Below, piece by piece: positions 10,805 through 24,218 of a stretch of DNA of 64,000 nucleotides. The notes beneath the pieces are model-generated. The model worked only from the letters and a program-made list of their open reading frames with translations. It did no database searches and was not told the origin of the DNA. Position 1 is the first letter of the stretch. Every line of letters starts with the position of its first letter. The DNA comes from Mytilus edulis (taxonomy: Eukaryota): NCBI RefSeq assembly GCF_963676685.1, contig NC_092356.1, forward strand, positions 26,412,001 to 26,476,000, given 5' to 3'. The position numbers and the translations under genes were made by a program.

Positions 10805-13800
10805 CATATTGAAATATTTATAAAGCCAAACAAGAACATAGTTGAAGAGCATTTAAAATCCAAAATTCTAAAAAGTTGTGCCAAATACGTCTAAGGTAAT
10901 CTATGCCTGGGATAAGAAAATCCCTAGTTTTTCGAAAAATTCAAAGTTTTATAAACAGGAAATTTATAAAAATGACCACATTATTGATAGCCAGGGATAT
11001 TACAGTTGTTATCTATTCGTTTGATGTGTTTGAGCTTTTTGAATTTTCCTCGTAGTTCATTATTTTTGTGATTTTAATTTAAATTTCAGTTCCAACTTCC
11101 CATTTCTCAGTTAAAAATGAAAGAAAGCAACGCTTTTTTGATTACATGCGTTTGAATAACTTTTGTGAATTTACCTTTATTTAGAACTCTCAAAGCGGAA
11201 TATTTTAAAACAATGAATGTGTAAGAACTGAAAAAGGGGAAGAGTTAGACATGTATGACTAAAACGGGGAGTTGAACATTTGTATCTTAATAAATTGTAA
11301 ATTTATAAACGGACAAGTAAAGAAAGAATTTGACCTTTGCTCTATTAGAAGAGGGAGAGATATATGCAGGGGACATTTAAAAATAAGTAAGTTAAAGAGG
11401 TAGATCTAGGAAATAACTCTTAAAATCATCAGTACGTTTGTGACAACTAATTTCAACATAATATGCTAAGCTTATAGGTTACATAGATTATTTCGAATGT
11501 ATTTTATGTAAATGCTGAAAATACATTTTTGAAATTTGACTTTTACAAAGGCATAACTGATTTAAAGAGTTATCACCCTGAACCAAGGTCTTTCCCCCTC
11601 AATTTATCCTGACCACGCCATTGCTAAACACTAAAGACGATGACAAGACAAGTTGACCAAACACTACATGTTAAACTGGGGAATAAATAACACAAAGTTG
11701 ACTTAACTTGCGGTCCTCATGTTCAGATCATGATTCACTAGTGGAATGATACACTGAACATGATATATGTGGGTTTTTTGCTAATTAGACTGAAGACATC
11801 TGGCATTGAGTGTTCCTTGTGAGATTTAAACATGCTCATCGATAAGTCAGAATCCTTGCATTTTACCACGAATTAAATACAAAAAAAAAAAACACATTTA
11901 TAAGTACATTTCTATAAAGAGTTTACGAAGTTGTACTACATTTTTGTATTATTTTATTCTATACGTTTTTCCAAGCTATGAATATAGATTCTTTTTATGT
12001 AAAATTATTACCCGGAAGACTATATTCTTTTTTTTGGAAGTGTTGTGAATGAAACTCTGTTCCTTAAAAATTATATATTGTCCATCAACTTAAACAGTTC
12101 TTTGTTTTCACACAACGTCCTCGAAAAAATATATACTTCGGGTCAAAAGTCGGTAATATAAAAGTAGTCTATTGCGCTATTGAATTATCCATAAAAAAAT
12201 GACATTATTCACAAAAATGTATGCAGTTTTGATTTGTTAAGAAACAACAGTGACAGGAATGAATGCTAATTGAATCATTTCAAAGCACCATCGTCATTTT
12301 GAGGTTTTAGAGCCATGATGGAAAAAAATTTACGGACATAACTATAAAACAAGGTTTAATCTACCTTTTATACATAACAACCATGTCTGTACGAAGTCAT
12401 GAATAAGATAAGATAAGATAATTTTATTAACCAATCATAGTGCCCAAAATTTGAGCTATACAATCAAATGAATTACAAAATAAAGCTCAGAAAATGATTA
12501 GAATGATTAGGATTAAAGTACATTAAAACTAAAAACAAAACATGAATGCACATTTACACTAAGTAATCTAATTATAAACCAAGTTATTGACAAAACATTA
12601 AGTTATTTTTGGTGCCACTGTGACCTGGAGATATAATTTTTATAGTTCTAGGTCTATGGGAGACAACTATGGGTCTATAGGGGAATATGAAACTTGTTAA
12701 CCATACGTTTGATGTAGATGAGCCTTTGATTTTGTCATTCGATTAGAGACTTATCCTTTTAGAATTTTCCTCGGAGCTCAGTATTTTTTTGGATTTTAAT
12801 TCGGTGATATGTTATTAAAAAGCGTTTTTTTCTGATTTGCAACGCCGATGAAACATTTAAATTTGCTAAACACAACCATCACACTTGACACCAAAAGTTT
12901 TGATAGACAGCAAATACTGGTATAGCCTAAACATATACTAGATAGTTGCTTTTTGTACACAAATTAAATACATCAGATGAATAAAATATGCAGCACACAC
13001 CAACACTACTGCAATAAAATATGCCTGACAACGAAAACCAACAACAAAACAAGATATTCCTTCAACTAAGTTCAAGGTCACTAAATCATGCTGATGTTCT
13101 GTGACAGTTTATACAAATAATGTTAACTGCAAGTTTCAATTCAGAAAAAGAATGAGCATACCAAGATCTAAAATAAAATGTTATTAAAAAGAGAGATCAA
13201 CATTTTAAATTTGACGCTACACTTTTCTGTTTCAAAATAGTAAGCTTTTTAAAAGCATGTTCTAAAATAATAGTATATAAATAATGGAACTAAAAAATCA
13301 GAAAAAAAAATAATTGTTGGTCCGTGTGCTTGTTTTCAAGATATAAGCTATTGGAAATTTGGCGGAAAATTATTCTCTCTAGATTTTTCCTACTTTAACA
13401 TAGGCTGCTTTTTTTTTTAAAAACAAGGACAACAAAAAATAACTTTAAAAGAGTTTCAATTATGGCTTTTTTAAGCTTTATGTTATCAATTTATGTTAAG
13501 AGAAGTAGTTGTTGATGGTCATATGGCAATACATAGATAAAACCATAGGCAAAACAAGAGAAGAAAACATCCTTAATGCATTCTTTTTTTTTTTTTTAAC
13601 AACATAATAAATATTTATTTCAAATATTAATGCATTCTTACAATTTCGTATGTGAAGGTTTTGGTCAAACGGTTAATGAACCAACATCTATGGTAAACGA
13701 AACGCTCTTCCAGATTTTTATTTTGTGGACTCACATGTCAACTGTACATGTAAAGCATGAAAAGCATATAAAAACCATGCTTCATTTATTTTCGAGTTCA

Positions 13801-13871
13801 TGTAATTCTCTTTTTGTTTGACACATTGATATGAGATTTGTTCGATTTCCTAAATACTAGTATATAGTACA

Positions 13872-13995
13872 AAAGAGGGACGAAAGATACCAGATGGACA
13901 GTCAAACTTATTAATCGAAAATAAACTGACAACGCCATGGCTAAAAATGAAAAGACAAACAGATAAACAATAGTACACATGACACAACATAGCAA
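13872..13995. mobile_element. Dispersed repeat (family C)
   Basis: AAGAGGG(A/G)(C/T)GAAAGATACCAGA..GGAC..TCAAACTC recurs at ~19121-19340 and ~57655-57820, and inverted at ~53015-53080. Confidence 0.65.
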
Positions 13996-14512
13996 ACCCT
14001 GATCAGGAATTGAAGTTTTGGTATCACTTGTCGACACACATTTCAGAATATCAATTGGTTTTACTTTTTGGTTCATTCAAGAACTAAACATACATATTGA
14101 AAAAAACTGCATAATTATTACAAACATCCATCAATAAAAATTATGGTAGCGTTTTCATACATGTATACCGTCTAGACTTTATTCGTGATGTTCGATAATT
14201 TACATTAAGATTACTGTATTTCCAGTAGAGCCAAAGTCGAGCAAAACTTGTATAATTATTTCAGATTATTCATTATGCTTTATATTTAAAAAAAACCCCA
14301 GCTAATTCAAAGTTCTCTTTTCTTTTAAACTGTCATGAGATAGCAGAAAGATGAAGATCTTCAAACAAATTTGAAAGTCATTTAAGAATTTGTTAATAAT
14401 GTATCGGTTATATCAATGTTACAGTGCTTAATTAATGGCAAATGAAGAGGTTGGTGATTTCGATCTCTATGCAAATAAACTCATCATAGATACCAGGATT
14501 AAAATTGTATTT

Positions 14513-14557
14513 ACGCCAGACCAGCGTTTCGTCTACAAAAGACTCATCAGTGACGCT
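14513..14557 (-). ncRNA. Type I hammerhead ribozyme, intact core, altered stem III (retrozyme fragment ~14473-14606)
   Basis: Minus strand reads AGCGTCA-CTGATGA-GTC-TTTTGTA-GAC-GAAA-CGCTGG-TC-TGGCGT. Confidence 0.85.
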
Positions 14558-15795
14558 CGAATCCAAAAAAGTTAAAAAGGCCAACTAAAGTAGTTGAAGA
14601 GCATTAGTAATTGAATAGAGAAAAACGATTGGCGTTAATAAGATATCGTGTCATTTCCCAGACTATAAATCATTCATTCTATTTTATAAAATTGATGAGT
14701 TGACATTGTTGTATGCCTTCTAGTTCTTGTACTTTTTGGCTATGTAAGGTTTTGCAAGAAAATTAAAACATAACTGATTGTAATCAGTATCTTGTGTCTT
14801 TTGTCTTTATGTTAATTGTTTTTGTGCTTGATTACATTCTCCACTATGTTATACAGTTTGGTCTTTTGTTTTGTTGTTACAACATTTGACGTAGTTAGAA
14901 GGAGAGTTGAACGCTAACAAACATGTTTGACCATTCCATATTATATGTGCACATGTCCACATTCAGGATCCTGTAACTAAATGCGCAATAATTTATTTTT
15001 TCATGTTCGTAATATTAAAGAATACCCATTATAATACGGTAGCTAGGGGGTCTCTGTAAAACGCGGCGAAGGTTAGAACATCGTGACCACAGGAAGTTAC
15101 GACGACAATCATGATTGCAAAATATGTGGACAACTTTCGAGTTCAATGCATTTCCGTCAAAAAGTCAGGTTTTAGTGAAAATCATTCGTGCGTTTGGCAT
15201 CGTCACTTCCATTCCAATGTTGAGCGAGTGGCCGGGAAAACTATAATGTTATATTGCACGAATTATTCGGCAAATTAAATTCTAATAATTGTAATAAGCA
15301 CTGCTGTCATTAGGGCATTGTAATTAAGTTCTTACAAAACAAAAAATCTATTTCTTGTTGATCCTGCACAATGACAATTACAAAGACGCTTGATGAACAT
15401 TAATAGTGCAGGGATATAGGCGATCCCCTCTATCTGGTAAATGACGTCATAAAGGCTCTCATAATTGACGAGTTTTTTTCCGGTGATGGATGAACTCGAA
15501 AGTGGTCTATTTTGTAAATAAATTGAGACGTGTTGTATTCCGTTAACTTAAAATCCTTAACCAAATACCGCTTATGACACTGTGACCCTACTATAAGTAT
15601 TGTTGCATTTTTGAAACAAAAACATGAATTGACCAAAAAAAAGACTTCTTTTCAAAATCTTGTCAATATTTGCTTCAGATATCAGCAACGTTAACGGCTT
15701 AACTGAAAGTGATGATTTGCTTATCAACATTGTTAACAATTGTTAGTGTGAGAAAAACAAAAAAAGGTGCGTTTCTTTATAACTATTTTGATATG

Positions 15796-15840
15796 AGCGT
15801 CACTGATGAGTCTTATGTAGACGAAACACGCGTCTGGCGT
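15796..15840 (+). ncRNA. Type I hammerhead ribozyme (retrozyme fragment ~15775-15874)
   Basis: AGCGTCA-CTGATGA-GTC-TTATGTA-GAC-GAAA-CACGCG-TC-TGGCGT. Confidence 0.88.
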
Positions 15841-17163
15841 ATCAAATTATAATCCTGGTACCTTTGATAACTATCTATGTTCATTTTATTTCCAAACCTG
15901 TAGTATTGGACAGCATACATCTTTATTGATGGCAAGTATTTATCTATTTTAAACAACGACAAATTCTGCCAAAAAGAACTAGATACTAGATAAATGTCAC
16001 TGCCGAAATGTCCCAAGATGTGGTCAAGGAGCAAATTTCATCAAAACTCCAATGAGTATATGTCTCATATTTGCCTTTCACATAAGAGCAGAAATCTGTT
16101 TACGAGTTGTAGCAAATACAGTTTGTGATCAGATCTTTCAAACGACCATTTATTTTAAATTAATGGACACATTAAGTAATGATAATACAAAATGACAATA
16201 ATGATATCATTTCTGAGTTTATTGAATACAAAACTTTGCTTTTTTTTCTTATTGATGTCGTATTTTAAAAGCATCATGAAACGATTACTGACTTAAAAAA
16301 TAAAGATGTTATACATTGAATTATATGGATACAATACAAATACAGAGATTTCAAAATTAGAGGTCATAAGTGTTTTTTTTATGTATGTATATCTCTAAAG
16401 AATAGCAGCAGGATTTGTATCGTTGTATCTCGATTCCAGTAAAAAGATCTAACGAACGAAACATCTGAAGAAATAATGCATTAGTTTATCAAGAATCGCT
16501 TAGTTTACTCGGATTTTATCTAGACTAATGGACGCGGTATACATCATCACTGTTAATATTAGGATGTGCAACTTGTTTTCCACTGACAAAGTTAAACTTC
16601 CAAACGAAATTGGAATATCTATAAAAGAATTCAGAAAAGGATTTAAATTATTTGTAGGAATGAAATCCTTGACTTAATAATTTGCCAGTAAAACAATGAT
16701 CATGTTCATTAAATTCCAGGAGACACTGCAAAAAAGGTTAGGCGAATGAAATGGGATATATAAACACCGTACAATGATGCTTATAGAATATATCCGTCCA
16801 TAAAAAGAAAACAAAAAGATATATATATTTATTAAAGGTATTAAAGTCACATGATGTTGTAACGGTCAAGTGATTGTTCACTATAAACACGTGTGTATGT
16901 TTATATCAAGCACATGGTGTGTGTTTACGTTCAATTTGATTGCATGGCATATACCCGTATTGCCGGTTTAACGGTATATGCCCTCATGATTTTCGCGAAA
17001 AGCCTGATTAAGTATTACTTAAGGGGTTAGTTTAAGAAAATTAAGTTATTCGAAGTTTGCCTATAGTTCAACGTAGCAGCATTCATTATTATGTTTACCC
17101 TCCACCCCCCCCCCCCCACCCCCCTTTTATGAGATGGTTATCGTCAATGGGAGTATATGCATA

Positions 17164-18340
17164 TCTATACTATTAAACGAGAAGACCTCATTTTGTGTGT
17201 CGCTTCTCTTCTTTCCACAATAAAGTAATCATCATGCCTCTGTGTCCTATAGGTACAGTGCATAGTCGCATTTGTCATCCATTTTTATGATTATTCAGAT
17301 TGAGTTATTTTGGGAGAAAAACAAGAAAAAAACGCATCCGGATATTGATTCCGTCATTGGGCGAAATTTTAAGTCATATTAGACTTCCGGTTTGCGTTTT
17401 TCTGTATTCTTTGAACATGCATATACTACGAATTAATATCTTTTCTATTTGCTATTTTTTTCAAGTTTACTATCCACGGCGGTCACAGAGTAAACTAAAA
17501 ATAGAGATTGTCTGTATAATATAGAAATGACTGCCGTGGATCGATAAGTAACCTGAGAATTGAACAATGTTGAAAGTAAAAAACAAATACACTTTATTTA
17601 TAGTAATGAATGTTTACTATTTACAGTTAAGCGCTAAAAGTATGCATGTTTTATTAATGTAAATACAAATAAAAAAAATGGGATTTTTTTTCAAAAATAA
17701 AGGAGGAGCAGGGCTATGAAAACAATTGTCCTGTCCCAAAGCACCTGACTTTTGATACCTTTTCTGAAATTCTCCATCAATTAAATCTTTTACATTATAA
17801 AAATAAAAATGCATTATAACAAAAACAAAAAAAGAAGGTGTGGTATGATTGCCAATGAGACAACTCTCCACAAGAGACCAAAATGACACAGAAATTAATA
17901 ACTATAGGTCATCGTACGGCCTTCAACAATGAGCAAAGCCCATAACGCAAAGTCAGCTTCGAAGGCCCCAAAATGCAATGTAAAACAATTCAAACGAGAA
18001 AACTAACGGCCTTATGTATGTACACAAAAAAAAAAAAGAACGAAACAAAAATATGTAAGGATTAGACATAAACAAACGACAACCACTGAAGCACAGGCTC
18101 CTGACTTGAATGTTCCTAATATACTACATGTATGTTCATTTTGAAATTAATAGAAAACAAAAAAAATGGGAATTTGGGAAATAAAGGAGGGATAAAAAAA
18201 AACCAACATTTTCCTGTCCCCAAGTACCTATCACTTTTGATACTTTTCCTGAATTTCTCCAGTCATCTTTTGCAAAATTCTTCCTGCAACACTTTACATA
18301 CTTTCAACCACGCTTTCGCGATTTCGCGGGTGTGTTCTAG
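17164..18340 (+). mobile_element. Non-autonomous Helitron (contains a nested family A repeat)
   Basis: 5' end A|TCTATACTATTAAA; subterminal hairpin CGCGATTTCGCG; 3' end GTGTGTTCTAG|T; inserted between A and T with no target-site duplication (TSD). Confidence 0.75.
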
Positions 18341-19458
18341 TATTACATTATATTAATATGAATTTTTCCTCTTTTGTAGATAGTTTTTGATTGTTTTTTC
18401 GAAAGGCTGCTACAGCTGTAGGCACACTTATCCTATTTATGTGTTGTTTTATTTATTGAATAATTTATATTCGTTTGAGTTGGCGAATTAGAATAAAAAG
18501 GGAACAAAACTCGTTTCTTGGCTTGTAAATTCTTTGAAAAAATTTCCCGTGTACAACTTAAAGATACCTAAACACAGGAAAGAACAGTTGTTGCTGTTTA
18601 TTACGGGTTTATTTTGTGTTCATGTCGTTTGTCAATGTTGGCAGTATTTTCAGAGATATATTGAATATTCAACAAGTAAATATCATCACGATAAAGGTAA
18701 TTAATACATGTCTTTACAGAAATTAACCTTACACTTTCGTACAGGAACAAAGCTAGTAAAGGGGTAAAATTGCTGCCAATTGGAGTACATACAACCCGTC
18801 GTTAGACTTTGTTGTCGAAATGAACAGAGATGTTGTCAAGGAGAAAATTTCATCACAACTCGATTACGTATATCAATCATATTTGTCCTTCTCATACAGA
18901 AGAAGGCTTATATGAATTTTTATTCAGATGTTTCAAACAACCATTTAATTCAATAGATAAACTGTATAAAAATTTAGTTTACTCGAAGTCTTTTTCTTCC
19001 CACGAAAATTTGTAGGATTACAGTATAATGTTCACTTTAAAGGTACTGAAGTCAATTGAATATTATCAAAATAATCAGTGTAAGTCAATGAAAACATCTA
19101 CACATCAGTTCAATTTTTAAAAGAGGGGTGAAAGATACCAGAGGGACTTTCAAACTCATAGATCGAAAACAAACTGACAAAGCCATGGCTAAACAGAAAA
19201 AAAAGCCAAACACAGACAAATAAAAGTACACAAGACACAACTAGAAAACTAAAATCAAAGCAACATGAACCCCATCAAAAACTGGAGGTGATCTCATGTG
19301 CTCCCGCAGGATAAGCATATTCTGCTCCACATGTGGAACCTTTCTTAGTTTTTCTTAAGTTTTGATTTCTGTTAATGTAAACATGTTTCTGAATTGTGGA
19401 TTGTATGTATCGTACTTGATAACTGTATTAACTTAATTTTAAACAAATGTATACGTAC

Positions 19459-19732
19459 CACCAAACATCGATGTATGATCATTTGTAGATGGATTAATTC
19501 CAAACTCATTATACAACTTACAATCAAAAGTTAAAGTATTATATTCCAAAGAACTACAAAGAGGAGTCTCCATGCATACATATGAACAACGAATATGTGT
19601 TATTCCATTTATTGTCCAAATTGGCGTAGCAGTTCCACTTAGCCCCTTTAATAAATGATAAAAACCTTCCTTATAGGATGAGGAAATGTGAAATTCGCCC
19701 AACAAAATTAATAAAATAAACGTCCTGCGCAT
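19459..19732 (-). CDS. PAN/Apple + C-type lectin gene, exon 1 (signal peptide + PAN/Apple-like domain)
   Basis: Hydrophobic leader MRRTFILLILLGEFHISSS and a C-x3-C-x5-C...C pattern (CSYVCMETPLCSSLEYNTLTFDCKLY). Donor GGTG|gtacgt is phase 1 and matches exon 2. The three exons total 684 nt (227 aa + stop). Confidence 0.85.
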
Positions 19733-20382
19733 GTTTACGAGATAGAAAAGTTTCTAGAACTACCATGGAAGTAGGTATTAATATTATCCTCTTGGCTATT
19801 TTGTTGAAATCGTGACTTAGTTATAACAGTTCATTCGAATAAAAGGTATTGCCACTTTAACGGTAATTCCAGGATTACTTTATGAACGTTAAAATCATTC
19901 TACAACAAGCCTTCTAACATCTAATCAAAATCAATTAATGCAGATATAACTGGTTGGATGATATTCAGAACTTCAAAGTTTTTTTCTTATCAAATGAACA
20001 TTACGTATTGGAATTTTAAAATGAATTAGCTCATGAACTTCATTGAATCAATATTTCTTTGATTTTGTAAAGTGTTTTGACCATTGATTTAGGTGTAATC
20101 TTTTAAATATGTATGACCGTTTTAGATACGTATACATTGTAAGTTTCTATTTCTTAAAACTATTAAATTGTTCGTCGCTCTTTCTTTGTATTGATGGCCG
20201 GCAGCACAAGGCAATGGACTGAATTATTGAACTTTTACTGCAAATAATATAACACATAAGTTCATTTACACAAGACTTAACAAAAACTACCGTAAAATTT
20301 ATTTTGATCTCGGCCTCTGTTGATCTACTTCTTATCTCTGAGTATTAGTTCCTTGACTATTTAACTATCAAAGATCTTATCA

Positions 20383-20544
20383 TACACCTTATCGCTATTT
20401 GTCCGCCATTGCTGGATATCACACAGGTTCCCGTAAAATTTTGACGTCAGAAAACAAAATATCTGACGGCACAATGGAAAAGTGATTGTTGTATGCGTCA
20501 AAAGTTCAAGCGGCCGGGTCAGCCGGGATTAGCGATAAGGTGTA
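20383..20544. mobile_element. MITE with TACACCTTATCGCTA terminal inverted repeats
   Basis: Perfect 15-bp inverted termini; a diverged copy lies at ~51985-52125. Confidence 0.8.
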
Positions 20545-22601
20545 TTAAAGTTTGCAATGCAACAAATGAAATAGTCCAGTTAATTATTATTGGACTCAAT
20601 GATTTTGATACTTTACGTGTTTTAGCGTTCATACAATCTGTCGATATCTGTATTTAAGCATTGAACAAGGCAATTCTTTTCTCTGAATGTTAATGGCATA
20701 TGAACAATGAATCAAAATTCTTTTTGGGTGTGTATTGATTGATATTTTGTCTTAAAAATAATGTCTTATAAGTTGTTATTGGTTTTGAACTAGCTGTCGG
20801 TAACTGCGATTCGTTGTAGATTTGTACTCTGTATCGTTCTTGTTGTGGGAATGTATAAGTATCCTGTTACACCAATGTTCCAAGTTAAGAGAACATGACT
20901 AACCCCGCTTCATAATGTATGTGCCTATCAAAAGTTAGGAGCCTGTAGTTCGGTGGTTGTCGTTTGTTGCTTTATTTCAGATTTTTTTTGTGTAATATTT
21001 CGAACATAAATTAGGCCATCAGTTCCATTATATTTGACTATGCAGTATGAGTTTAGCTCATTGTTAAAGGCCGTACGGTGTCCTTTATTTGTTAACTGCT
21101 ATGTCTTATAGTCTCTGGTAGCGAGTTGTGCCATATGCAACCATACATCGTCTTTTAATTTTAATATATACAATATATACATGCAATTAGAGATTGAACA
21201 GCATCGCTTGCATAAATGCTTTTTTTTTTATATAAGGCTGACAAAGTCATCTCTGATATTTTTACATGTGTTACTCAGTTGTACTAAGTTAAATAGTTTT
21301 TTTTCAAAAAAAAAGTAGTGGGTTAAACTTGGTTTTATAAGAAGCAAAAAAAGAAGGCCACATATATAAGAGAATATTTCAACCCATCAAGAACATAAAA
21401 CGACGAAAAAGCAGTACACAACCACAATATAGAAAATTGGAGACAATAAGCCGAGATTTGGAGCCACCAATAAGCTATTTATTGAAAAATGAAGATGTGG
21501 TATGATTTCCAATGAGACAATTCTCCACAAGAGACCAAAATAACACAGAAATTAACAACTATAGGTCACCGTACGGCCTTCAACAATGAGCAAAGACCAT
21601 ACCGCAAAAGCTTTGAGTCATGAAGCTCGGAAATTAACTAACGTTTGTAAAAAAAATGGCACTAGCAAATATGTTATTAAAATAATGTTCAACACAAACT
21701 TTAAACAACATCAATTAATGAAAAACAATGGAGAAATTATATGATATCTTTCAATAAATAGTGACAATCTAATTAAAACATATTGACTATATCGAGATAT
21801 TGTATAATAAACAATGAATTAGCTATCCTTTGGGGCATTGGGATGTTTGTTACTTTTTGGTTATGTTGTGATATCTTTGACACATTTCCCGTTTAAATTC
21901 TTCTCAATTTCATCCTATATTTACCAAAAGGAAATATGGGGAATAATACAGGAAACAAAACAGCCTTCAAAAATTAGAATGAAAACAAAGAGTAAAGAGT
22001 ATGCAAAATCTACTTAACCAATAAAATGACAAATACTAGCTACCCCGAAACGTCTTACAAAGACATAGGGAAGATTTGGACAATGCATGTACAAACAATC
22101 GATCAATACAGGAAATGATATGTTGCTATCCGGAAATAATTTAATTTTGAATGTAACCCGTCTTCTGATTGGCTGACATTGTTTTGTTTATCAGCTCATA
22201 GACATAATTTTGTCATTTGATCGTGACGTCATCAACGTTTTTCCATGATTTACTTCGGCTAAAAATGAAATTTAGAATTAATGATAAGAAATGATTGTAA
22301 TAAATTTTCGGTCTATTTGAAATAACATAAACAATGTGGTGCACACTTTTCAATAACCCGCTACGCGCGTTATTCTGTGTACACCACATTTTGATGTGAT
22401 TTCTTCATAGACAGAAAAAATATAACAGTCATTCCTTAAGTGTTTTAAAAACTGTTTATTGTAAACTTTGTATATCTCGTTTATTCATAAGATAAATTTC
22501 ATTCATTTTTGAATTAAAAAAAAACAAAGTTAAGTTCACATTTATATGTATTCGAAAACACATTTGTAAGGTCTTAATAAATCGTATTTCATTTGGACAA
22601 A

Positions 22602-22900
22602 TTAATCATCGTCATTATCATGATTTTGGTAAATCGGTCTCAAAATCGGTTTGATTATCGGTCTCAAAATCGGTTTGATTATCGGTCTCAAAATCGAGAG
22701 AATATCCTTTATATACTTTTTGAATAGATTTAAGCAACGACGTCGTTGTATTCCAGACTTCCAACCAACACCACAATCAGATGGAATGGGTTTAATACAA
22801 TTGGTGGTAACAACCCTATGATTGAGTGTCTGAGGCATTCTAAAGTTGTTAATCAGATCCATGGTTGCATGTGTTTTTCCTAAACTCGGAATTTGTTAAG
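22602..22900 (-). pseudogene. Alpha-carbonic anhydrase-like gene, terminal exon (frameshifted)
   Basis: Acceptor tattttacag|CTT AAC AAA TTC CGA (LNKFR), then a 1-nt shortfall before SLGKTHATMDLINNFRMPQTLNHRVVTTN. This matches the alpha-CA C-terminal LxxFRxL...NxRPxQPLNxRxV motif. Confidence 0.8.
22633..22696 (-). repeat. 24-bp tandem repeat encoding ILRPIIKP
   Basis: ATCGGTCTCAAAATCGGTTTGATT at 22633 and 22657, with a partial copy at 22681. Confidence 0.95.
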
Positions 22901-23654
22901 CTGTAAAATAGATTTAAACTGGTTTTCAGTTATAACATGAGCTTAATCGGTCAATATCATGTTTAAACAAAGCAAGCCATTTTGTGCATAATGTTAAAAA
23001 GAGATTTACATGATTTGGAAGGCAATTATAAAATATTTGTTACACATATGGTCTCATTGTATATGTAGTTCCGATATGACTTTTCTCATTGACGGTTTCA
23101 TTGACAGCGACCTAAATGTTCCCTGTAATGACCAAAATGATTTGGGGCATCGCATCCATCCATAGCATCGAAATTCATAGTCGGGCGCGTAATGATCAAG
23201 GATTAAGGATTAAGTGTTAAGTGGTGGTACATTGACATATTTACACTTTTATTTTAAAAGAATTCAGAATATCTGGTATGATTTATCCGTTAACGCATGG
23301 CCCCTCTGTCACCTTTATCGTATGATCCTCCATGTCAATTTGTACTGGAATTATTATCATATTACTAGAAACCAACTTATCTACCGATATTTTATTTTAT
23401 TTCGCGCAAAGCCCGTTCTAGCCGAATTCGTGATTTATAAAAAAAATATTGATATATTGATGAAAGGGTTTCCGTTTTTAACAAATTCGAGACGATTTAC
23501 ATTCGCCTTATTTTATTCTCGCCATATAGTTTTATATCCCAACATCAAACTTTTGTATTTAATATAGAGATGCTTTATAGTCTGTCATTCATCCGTTGTC
23601 TGTGGCCTTGGTTTGTTTTTCGCGTTAAGCATGATAAGGTCAATTTAGATGCTA

Positions 23655-24218
23655 TTAAGAAGGCTAGAAGGCTAGAGGGTAGAAAATTTCGGGAAAAAAT
23701 TATCATTTATTTTTCATTACAAATTTTATTTATTGCCTTTATTAGTTGTAACTTTATCATATTGTTCAAAAATCATTAATAGAATCAATTCGTGTTGGCC
23801 ACAGATGACTTTTAAAATGTATGTGTCATTGAAAAAGCTCCATATTATCTCCCTTTGGTGAAAAATACCTTTTTTTGGCAATAAAATTGAAATATCTCTT
23901 TTAACTCATCGGTGACCTATATTTTTTATTATAATTTTCAAATAAGCTGTACTAAAACTAAACTTTTGTAAAATTTAGTTGTTTTTTTTTTATTTCGATA
24001 TTAACTATATTTCTCCTATTAGTTCAACAGAAAAAAAAGTACCTGTACAAAAATGTATGCTTCTTTCGAAGGCAGATTGTGAGCGTAAATGAACGGTGAC
24101 CCCATTTTTTTTATATCATTTTCCTATTTAGTATAAAATTTAGTTCATTAATAGAAAAAAATATAGAAAAATCCTCAATTAAAATTAAATTTCGATTTAG
24201 ACCCGCAAGCCCCCTTAA
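23655..24218. mobile_element. TTAA-bounded non-autonomous DNA transposon (Kolobok-like)
   Basis: TTAAGAAGGCT... and ...AGCCCCCTTAA imperfect termini. A similarly built element lies at ~60271-60670. Confidence 0.5.

Noticed and set aside
15040-15720. CxxC-containing GC-richer stretch (CKICGQ) as a zinc-finger or transposase gene
   Set aside because: Multiple stops and no further motifs; at most a decayed transposon fragment. The coding-like stretches at ~16330-16800, ~18430-19015 and ~36640-36850 were also unassignable.
15779-15874. ATAACTAT direct repeat as a TSD of the retrozyme copy
   Set aside because: Both copies match sequence internal to the element in other insertions, so it is not a target duplication.
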